The position numbers were made by a program, and so were the translations under genes. A stretch of 64,000 bases of DNA, from assembly GCA_046537785.1 (NCBI GenBank), contig JBKHKD010000002.1:71082-135081 (forward strand), given 5' to 3'. The DNA comes from Actinomycetota bacterium (GTDB taxonomy: Bacteria > Actinomycetota > Acidimicrobiia > Spongiisociales > ZC4RG35). Within the stretch, counting starts at the first letter, position 1. Each line of letters starts with the position of its first letter. This document shows, one piece after another, positions 57,349-64,000 of this stretch. Below the pieces are notes generated by a model. It did not search any database and was not told where the DNA came from. It saw nothing but the letters and a program-made list of their open reading frames with translations.

Positions 57349-58452
57349 ATGACGTCCAATACGCCCGCGGGGCGCGTTCGAGGAGTGTTGGTGCTGGTTG
57401 CTCTGGTTGGGATCCTGTTGCCCCTGATGAGCGTCTTTAACGTACTCGAGCAGACAGGTTGGGACCCTTCGATACTCGTGTCCTTCGGTGAAGATGCCAG
57501 CCCCACGACCGAGTATGGAAAGGAGCGCCTCGGAGACGTCTCCCTCCGGGCGGGCCAAGGCCACGACGGCAAGTTCTTTTTCGTCCAGGCCAACGATCCG
57601 TGGGTGCTTGACCCCCAAGCCAACGCAATGGTCCTTGACCGTCCTCTTTACCGCAGCCAGCGAATGCTCTACCCAGTGCTGGCCGGTGGGGCGGGTTTGT
57701 TCGCGCCTGGGATGATCGTCTGGTCGATGCTGATCTTGAACCTGCTCGCCATGGGAGTGGGCACCTGGGTGGTTAGCCTCATCGCCATGGAGATGGGTGG
57801 CTCGCCTTGGGGTGGCCTCGCCTTCGCCTTGAACATCGGCTTCTTCAGCGAGATCAACATCGGGGGGGCAGGCGTCGTAGCGGCGGTCGCAGCCTTCGGC
57901 GCGGTGCTGATGTTTATGCGTCGTCGGACCGCGGCCGGGGTCGGTCTGCTCGTTGCAGCCGTTCTGGCTCGCGAGGCAATGTTGATTGCCGCTGCCGGAA
58001 TCGCCTTCTGGTTGTGGCTGAGGGGCCGACGCAAGCCGGCGATGATGACCGCCCTAATCCCGGGTCTTTGCGTCATCGCATGGGCCGGGTATTTGCGGCT
58101 CCGGATACGGGACGGTGCCGTCGCCTCTGAGGTGCAGGAGATCGGCTGGCCGTTCGTCGGCTTCGTCGAGGCCTTCGAGAGTTGGGTCGGCGACCCGATC
58201 GATCTGGCCGTCGGAGTCTCCATGATGTTGCTATTCGTCCTGTTCGCCCGTCGTGTTTTCATGAGCGGACACGTCGTGGGATGGGCGTTCCTAGGCTTTG
58301 TGTTTCTGGGTGTGGTATTCACCGAACAGGTTTGGCACTCGTACTTCGACATCACCCGGGCAGTGGCGCCCATCATCACGTCGTTCGTGCTACTGGTGTT
58401 TGTCGGAACCCGACACCACGACAGGCCACTGACTGCTTCAAAAGCCAAATAG
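57349..58452 (+). CDS. Polytopic membrane protein, paralog B
   Basis: Same architecture; loop GHDGKFFFVQANDPWVLDPQANAMVLDRPLYRSQRMLYP. Confidence 0.55.
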   Translation: MTSNTPAGRVRGVLVLVALVGILLPLMSVFNVLEQTGWDPSILVSFGEDASPTTEYGKERLGDVSLRAGQGHDGKFFFVQANDPWVLDPQANAMVLDRPLYRSQRMLYPVLAGGAGLFAPGMIVWSMLILNLLAMGVGTWVVSLIAMEMGGSPWGGLAFALNIGFFSEINIGGAGVVAAVAAFGAVLMFMRRRTAAGVGLLVAAVLAREAMLIAAAGIAFWLWLRGRRKPAMMTALIPGLCVIAWAGYLRLRIRDGAVASEVQEIGWPFVGFVEAFESWVGDPIDLAVGVSMMLLFVLFARRVFMSGHVVGWAFLGFVFLGVVFTEQVWHSYFDITRAVAPIITSFVLLVFVGTRHHDRPLTASKAK

Positions 58453-59625
58453 GGCACAGTCGAGATTAGCTGTTCCTATTCCTGCGCAGTCAGCGATGAA
58501 AATATATGAGAATTGAAGGAATATAGATACGAAGCCAGCGATATATATGAGAGTTCGGTATACCAGATCGGAGTGCGCCGCACGGCACGAGACTAGCCCC
58601 ACCGGGGTAAGAAGTGCAACTGCTTCGATAGCATAGCGATATCCATAGGGAAGCCCTCCCGAACTTCTGTTTAAGGTGACGTGGACGAGCAAATACAGGG
58701 CAGCTGCAAGCGGAGTCCATTTCACCCAATGCTCCTGAGCAGACCAGGCCTTGGGTAACAATAGCAAAGCTATTAGTAGCCATAAAGACCAGATAAGAAC
58801 GCCGTAGCGGGGTGAAAAGAGGGCAGTCCATAGATTCGGCAGGAACTCCGGCGCTCGTTCAGCTGACCCCAACGCTCCAGGTTGCCCACCACCGTACGCT
58901 GCCAAAGGGTTGAACGAGCCCCACAAGATTCGATTGTATGTGACGAGTAATAGGGCTCCGACGAAGGAGGGAATGCCTAATCGGATGAGCGGATGCCACG
59001 ACCGTCGGCTCCAACCGATACCGAGTCCAATGACAGCGACTATTACCGCGATGGGAGGGCGAATGAGGATCCCGATTCCAAATGCGATGCCTGCCCACCA
59101 AAGCCGAAGTTCTGTCAAGGCCCACACCCCCATGGCTACAGCGAGGACTGCTGGTCCATGCGGCCAGATCTGATCAGCCGCTATCGACCATATTGGGGTC
59201 CCCAAGCCCACCAGGACGAGAGTGGGCATGCCAAGCTTGGGATCGATCTTGATCATCGACTTTGCCAGAACCAGGACGGCTATGGCTGATGTAATGACGG
59301 CTAACAGGGTGGCAGGCCAGACAACGAACTCGGTAACTAGGGGCGATACCAGGGCGTACGCCAAGGCAGTCAGCCCAACCAACCCAGGCGCCCGATTGCT
59401 GTAAAGCCCTCCGATCTCAGCTTCGTATACCCACGGTCCTTGCGTGATTGTTTGTGAGAGGTCGAGATCTCCATGCTCCACCAGATGCCATGCAGGGAAG
59501 GCAGTTGCTATGGAATCTGCAGTCTGGGATGCCTGATTCCACGACGCCGATAGAGCGAACAGGAGTGTGAGCAGGAGCCATCCGGCCCACAACGATCGGC
59601 GCATCGAGGGGAGTGTGGCAGTCAT
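58438..59625 (-). CDS. Polytopic membrane protein, GT-C-like (hypothetical)
   Basis: About 10 TM segments. Start chosen at an internal ATG (MTATLPSMRRSLWAGWLLL…) to avoid antisense overlap with uvrA. Confidence 0.5.
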   Translation of the reverse strand: MTATLPSMRRSLWAGWLLLTLLFALSASWNQASQTADSIATAFPAWHLVEHGDLDLSQTITQGPWVYEAEIGGLYSNRAPGLVGLTALAYALVSPLVTEFVVWPATLLAVITSAIAVLVLAKSMIKIDPKLGMPTLVLVGLGTPIWSIAADQIWPHGPAVLAVAMGVWALTELRLWWAGIAFGIGILIRPPIAVIVAVIGLGIGWSRRSWHPLIRLGIPSFVGALLLVTYNRILWGSFNPLAAYGGGQPGALGSAERAPEFLPNLWTALFSPRYGVLIWSLWLLIALLLLPKAWSAQEHWVKWTPLAAALYLLVHVTLNRSSGGLPYGYRYAIEAVALLTPVGLVSCRAAHSDLVYRTLIYIAGFVSIFLQFSYIFIADCAGIGTANLDCALFGF

Positions 59626-59754
59626 CGGAGGGACATAAAAGCGCGTGATCTCTTCCGACGACCGACATATCAGTCGTGCAGTTGTTAGGATCAGAACATG
59701 TGTTCGAAGGTGATGCGCATTACACTTGCGTAACTTCCGACCACCAGGCGAGCT

Positions 59755-62577
59755 TTGTCCACCGAATCGATACTCATCAGGGGCGCCCGTGAGCACAACC
59801 TCAAGGACCTCACGGTCGAGCTGCCCCGTGAGAAGCTGATCCTCTTCACGGGGATCTCCGGATCCGGGAAGTCGTCTCTGGCCTTTGACACCATCTATGC
59901 CGAAGGCCAGCGCCGTTATGTCGAGTCGCTTTCCGCGTACGCCCGGCAGTTCCTCGGGCAGATGGACAAGCCCGACGTCGACTTCATCGACGGGCTATCG
60001 CCAGCGATATCGATCGACCAGAAGACGGCATCACGGAACCCGCGGTCGACGGTGGGCACCGTCACCGAGGTCCACGACTACCTCCGCCTCCTCTACGCCA
60101 GAATCGGCACCGCCCACTGTCCCAACGACGGGACACCGGTGGAAAGACAGACACCCCAGCAGATCGTCGACCGGATCCTTGAGCTGGAGGAGGGGACCAA
60201 GTTCCAGGTGCTTGCACCCGTGGTGCGCGGCCGCAAAGGCGAGTACGAGGGGCTGTTGAAGGAGCTGAGCGAGAAGGGCTTCGCCCGGGCCCGCATCGAC
60301 GGGGAGGTGCGAGACCTCACCGAGGACATTCGCCTCGACCGCTACTACCAGCACACGATCGAGGTCATCGTCGACCGTCTCGTGCGCAAAGACGGGATGG
60401 AGCAGCGGCTCACCCAGTCACTGGAGACGGCGCTGTCGCTCACCGAAGGCGTCGCCGACATCGAGATCGTCGACGGCTCCACGCTCACCTTCTCCCAGCA
60501 CCTGGCCTGCTCGGAGTGCGGGCTGTCCTTCGAGGACCTCCAGCCCCGCAACTTCTCATTCAACAGCCCCTACGGGGCGTGCCCTGAGTGCTCCGGGATC
60601 GGCACCAGGTTCCAGGTCGACGCCGACCTGGTGATCGCCGACCCCGACCTGGCGCTCAGCGAAGGCGCCATCCCCATGTGGTCTTCCAACCGAATGCGCT
60701 ACTACCACCGGCTGCTCAACGGTCTGGCGGGGGCCCTCGGGTTCTCCATGGACACGCCGTGGAAGGACCTGTCTGAGGACATGAGGGAGAAGATCCTCTA
60801 CGGGCTGGGCGAGGAGAAGATCACCGTGGAGTACACCAACAGGTTCGGGAGGAAGCGCCGCTGGGACGCCAACTTCGAAGGAGCCATTCCGTTCCTCAAC
60901 AGGAGGCACGAGTCGGCCGAGACGGACAACGCCCGGGAGTACTACCAGGAGTTCATGGCCGAGGTGCCCTGTGATGCATGTAACGGCGGGCGCCTCAACC
61001 CTATCTCGCTTGCGGTCACCATCGAGGAGCGCAACATCGCCGAGGTCTCCGACCTCAGTCTTGCCGAGGCACACGAGTTCTTCGATCGGTTGGAGCTGTC
61101 GGAGCGTGACGCCCACATCGCCGAGCGGGTGCTGAAAGAGATTCGGTCGCGGATCAAGTTCCTCCTCGACGTAGGTCTCGACTACCTGACTCTGTCCCGC
61201 TCGGCCGCCACGCTCGCCGGGGGCGAGGCGCAGCGGATCCGTCTCGCCACCCAGATCGGGTCCGGCCTCGTGGGTGTCCTCTACATCCTGGACGAGCCCT
61301 CGATCGGCCTCCACCAGCGAGACAACAAACGGCTCATCGAGACCCTGCTCCGTCTCCGCGACCTGGGCAACACGCTCATAGTGGTGGAGCACGACGAGGA
61401 AACGATCAGGGTTGCCGATCACATCGTCGACATCGGCCCGGGCGCAGGAGAGCACGGCGGGCACGTCGTAGTGCAGGGAACACTCGAAGACGTGAAAGAC
61501 AACTCCGACTCGCTCACCGGGGACTATCTGGCGGGGCGTCGTCAGATCGAGACCCCGCTGCTCCGTCGACAGGGAAATGGGAGCTCCATCAACGTTTTCG
61601 GCGCCTCAGAGCACAACCTGCAGGGGATCGACGTCGAGTTCCCTCTCGGCGTCTTCACCGCCGTCACCGGCGTGTCAGGGTCGGGAAAATCGACACTGGT
61701 GGAGGAAATCCTCTGGAAGACCCTCGCGGCCAAGGTGAACCGGGCCAGGGTCGTGCCCGGGCGGCACAAGAAGATCGAGGGCATCGACCTCATCGACAAG
61801 GCCATCGACATCGACCAGTCGCCCATCGGACGGACACCACGTTCCAACCCGGCCACATACACCAAGGTCTTCGATCACATCAGGAGTCTTTTCTCCCAGA
61901 CCCAGGAGGCCCGGGCCCGGGGTTACAAGCCGGGACGGTTCTCCTTCAACGTCTCCGGAGGGCGCTGCGAGGCCTGCAAGGGGGACGGGACCATCAAGAT
62001 CGAGATGCACTTCCTCCCCGACGTCTACGTGCCCTGCGAGGTGTGCGGGGGGAAGCGGTACAACCGGGAGACCCTCGAGATCCTGTGGAAAGGGCACAAC
62101 ATCTCCGACGTTCTCGAAATGTCCGTCGAGGATGCCCTCGAGTTCTTCGAGAACCAGCCCAAGATAATCCGGGTGCTCCAGACCCTCTACGACGTTGGTC
62201 TCGGCTATATCCGGCTCGGCCAGCCGGCGACGACACTGTCCGGTGGCGAAGCGCAGCGGATCAAGCTGGCGTCGGAGCTGGGCAAGCGTTCGACGGGCAA
62301 GACCCTCTACATCCTCGACGAGCCGACCACGGGCCTCCACTTCGAGGACATCAGGAAGTTGTTGCAGGTGCTGCAGCGTCTCGTGGACGCCGGCAACACA
62401 GTCATCGTCATCGAGCACAACCTCGACGTGGTGAAGTCGGTCGACCACATCATCGACCTCGGGCCCGAAGGGGGCAGCGGGGGAGGGCGGATAGTGGCCA
62501 TCGGCAGTCCCGAGGAAGTGGCCTCCGTCACCGAGAGCTACACCGGCAAATTCTTGCGGGAGATGGTGGGTACTTAG
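59755..62577 (+). CDS. uvrA: Excinuclease ABC subunit A
   Basis: 940 aa with two ABC ATPase modules ([25 protein letters not shown]), zinc fingers (CxxC) and YARQF. TTG start. Confidence 0.95.
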   Translation: MSTESILIRGAREHNLKDLTVELPREKLILFTGISGSGKSSLAFDTIYAEGQRRYVESLSAYARQFLGQMDKPDVDFIDGLSPAISIDQKTASRNPRSTVGTVTEVHDYLRLLYARIGTAHCPNDGTPVERQTPQQIVDRILELEEGTKFQVLAPVVRGRKGEYEGLLKELSEKGFARARIDGEVRDLTEDIRLDRYYQHTIEVIVDRLVRKDGMEQRLTQSLETALSLTEGVADIEIVDGSTLTFSQHLACSECGLSFEDLQPRNFSFNSPYGACPECSGIGTRFQVDADLVIADPDLALSEGAIPMWSSNRMRYYHRLLNGLAGALGFSMDTPWKDLSEDMREKILYGLGEEKITVEYTNRFGRKRRWDANFEGAIPFLNRRHESAETDNAREYYQEFMAEVPCDACNGGRLNPISLAVTIEERNIAEVSDLSLAEAHEFFDRLELSERDAHIAERVLKEIRSRIKFLLDVGLDYLTLSRSAATLAGGEAQRIRLATQIGSGLVGVLYILDEPSIGLHQRDNKRLIETLLRLRDLGNTLIVVEHDEETIRVADHIVDIGPGAGEHGGHVVVQGTLEDVKDNSDSLTGDYLAGRRQIETPLLRRQGNGSSINVFGASEHNLQGIDVEFPLGVFTAVTGVSGSGKSTLVEEILWKTLAAKVNRARVVPGRHKKIEGIDLIDKAIDIDQSPIGRTPRSNPATYTKVFDHIRSLFSQTQEARARGYKPGRFSFNVSGGRCEACKGDGTIKIEMHFLPDVYVPCEVCGGKRYNRETLEILWKGHNISDVLEMSVEDALEFFENQPKIIRVLQTLYDVGLGYIRLGQPATTLSGGEAQRIKLASELGKRSTGKTLYILDEPTTGLHFEDIRKLLQVLQRLVDAGNTVIVIEHNLDVVKSVDHIIDLGPEGGSGGGRIVAIGSPEEVASVTESYTGKFLREMVGT

Positions 62578-62624
62578 GCCGGCCAATCCATGGCCCGGCA
62601 CGGGAACACGATGAGAATGGGAGC

Positions 62625-63587
62625 ATGACCCGCAAGCACCGTCTTGAGATAGCGCTGGTCGTGCTCATCGTCATCACGGCCGCCTTCTACCTGCGATGGG
62701 ATGTGATCCCTTCCTTCCCCGAACGCCACGTCGATGCGTTCGAGGAGAACTACGAGGTTGACGTCGGTGATCCGGGACGCTGGTTCTCTGCCTGGGCGTT
62801 GGGAGACGGGCAGGCCTACGCACTGATCGGCGTTGACCCGACCGGTCGTACTCTCGCACAGAGGATTCCGGAGGCTGGCTATCGGTTCGCCCGGGCCGGA
62901 TATGGGTGGGCGGTTTGGGCAGTTGCGCTGGGCCAGCCCGACGTCGTGCCTTACGTCCTGGCCGCCGTTGGTGCGCTCGCTGTCATGGGTGTCGTGTTCC
63001 TGGCGATCCGACTTCGCGATCGTCTGGGTCCTCGCTCATGGTTGATAGTCCTCAACCCAGCGTTGTATATCGGATTTGCTGCTGACACGTCCGAACCCAT
63101 GGGGATCCTCCTACTCGCGGCGGTGTTGGCAGGCCGGGGATGGTTGGCTGCCGGCCTCATCGGATTGACGCGCCCAACGTTCCTGGTGGCACTCTGGGGC
63201 CGGCGCAGACACCTTGCCACCGGGGTCGCCGCCGCCCTCGCTCTCGCCTTCTACAGCTTCCTGGCGTTTGGAGTCGACGCGATGATCCCATCAGGTGGTC
63301 GCCTCGGGCTCCCACTCCACGCGTATTTGCAACACCTCAGTGTCGGCGGGCTCCTTCTTGCGATTGCCGCCATCGGCACTTTGGCGATCGGGGTGAGAGT
63401 CCGGGACTGGGCCTGGATCCTTGCTGGGACGTTTGTCCTCTGTTTCGGCCTCGACGTTCTCCGGGATCCGGTCAACGCCTGGAGAGCCGCCGGCTTTCTC
63501 CCAGTCCTCTGGGCCTTTGGAGTCCACTATCGAATCGGCTCGAAGGGATCGCTTCAACCGGAACCGACAGCTGCCGATGTAGCCTGA
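62625..63587 (+). CDS. Hypothetical polytopic membrane protein
   Basis: 320 aa with about 8 TM segments. Start at internal ATG 62625; track ORF 62043 is an upstream extension overlapping uvrA. Confidence 0.5.
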   Translation: MTRKHRLEIALVVLIVITAAFYLRWDVIPSFPERHVDAFEENYEVDVGDPGRWFSAWALGDGQAYALIGVDPTGRTLAQRIPEAGYRFARAGYGWAVWAVALGQPDVVPYVLAAVGALAVMGVVFLAIRLRDRLGPRSWLIVLNPALYIGFAADTSEPMGILLLAAVLAGRGWLAAGLIGLTRPTFLVALWGRRRHLATGVAAALALAFYSFLAFGVDAMIPSGGRLGLPLHAYLQHLSVGGLLLAIAAIGTLAIGVRVRDWAWILAGTFVLCFGLDVLRDPVNAWRAAGFLPVLWAFGVHYRIGSKGSLQPEPTAADVA

Positions 63588-63609
63588 GAGCGTTTTGGAA
63601 GGCAACCCG

Positions 63610-64000
63610 ATGTTCGACATGCGTAGAACCGCCCTTGGTGGGTTTCAGGAGTTTGAGGGCAAGCACGCCGTAGTTCTCGGTGGTGCCGGCTTCCTCGGCT
63701 CCCACGTGTGCACCTGGCTCCTCTACTCGGGTGCCCAGGTCACCTGTCTCGACAACCTGATCACCGGGAACGCCGGCAACGTGACCCACCTGATGGGCGA
63801 CAAGAGATTCCGCCTCATCGACTACGACGTCACCGACTACATGCATGTCCCCGGCGACGTCGACTACGTCCTCAACTTCGCCTCCCCTGCGTCGCCCGTC
63901 GACTATCTCAAGTGGCCGATCCACACTCTCAAGGTCGGCGCTTTCGGCACTCACAAAGGCCTGGGGCTGGCGCTCGACAAGGGAGCCACTTTCATGCTCG
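63610..64000 (+). CDS. NAD-dependent epimerase/dehydratase, UDP-glucuronate decarboxylase-like; N-terminal part, 3' end outside the window
   Basis: VVLGGAGFLGSHVCTWLL…VTCLDNLITGN…RFRLIDYDVTD, the UXS/RmlB-type Rossmann N-terminus. Partial CDS: no in-window stop; 3' end runs off the window. Confidence 0.8.
   Translation, partial: MFDMRRTALGGFQEFEGKHAVVLGGAGFLGSHVCTWLLYSGAQVTCLDNLITGNAGNVTHLMGDKRFRLIDYDVTDYMHVPGDVDYVLNFASPASPVDYLKWPIHTLKVGAFGTHKGLGLALDKGATFML

Noticed and set aside
59626-59796. N-terminal 57 aa of the track ORF 58438..59796
   Set aside because: It would overlap the uvrA start on the opposite strand and is not hydrophobic. The membrane protein likely begins at internal ATG 59625.
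62043-62624. Upstream extension of the ORF 62043..63587 overlapping the uvrA 3' end
   Set aside because: The extension is Arg/Pro-rich and overlaps uvrA. The membrane protein plausibly starts at ATG 62625.

Overview
This is a high-GC chromosomal segment from an actinobacterium-like organism, with a mostly dense core gene backbone and a few longer non-coding gaps (e.g. 50861..51289). The core backbone is ileS, a YggU-like gene, dksA-like, lspA, rluD, a rhomboid protease, dnaE, two tandem ArsA-like ATPases, thyA, folA, nth, ccdA, an OmpR-type two-component system, polA, rpsA, coaE, uvrB and uvrA. Two accessory blocks interrupt the conserved polA–rpsA–coaE–uvrB–uvrA neighbourhood.

The first block sits between rpsA and coaE. 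It is a Tad/Flp pilus locus with cpaB, cpaE/tadZ, cpaF/tadA, an unusual vWA–TadB fusion, tadC and an unknown 448-aa membrane protein. Two Flp pilin genes converge on it, and a NarL-type two-component system lies just upstream of the pilins.

The second block is a roughly 20-kb cell-envelope glycan locus in which uvrB is embedded. Its centrepiece is a translationally coupled operon encoding a cytidylyltransferase–PEP-phosphomutase fusion, phosphonopyruvate decarboxylase, an Fe-alcohol dehydrogenase, a TagF-like transferase and a membrane-anchored alkaline-phosphatase-superfamily enzyme. Two further paralogs of that last enzyme lie nearby. Together these predict synthesis, CMP-activation and transfer of 2-hydroxyethylphosphonate onto a surface glycan. 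A second operon follows with two GT2 glycosyltransferases, WbpB/E/D-like diacetamido-sugar enzymes and tandem paralogous polytopic membrane proteins.

Smaller features are a free-standing double-motif LAGLIDADG homing-endonuclease-like gene abutting tRNA-Leu(CAA), a divergent SARP regulator and DUF1059 pair, a roughly 140-bp composite palindrome with a perfect 17-bp hairpin in the thyA divergent promoter region, and two 37-bp direct repeats downstream of dnaE.

All assignments rest on reading the translated ORFs by eye for family motifs. No searches were run. Coordinates I derived by counting rather than taking from the ORF track may be off by a few nucleotides.
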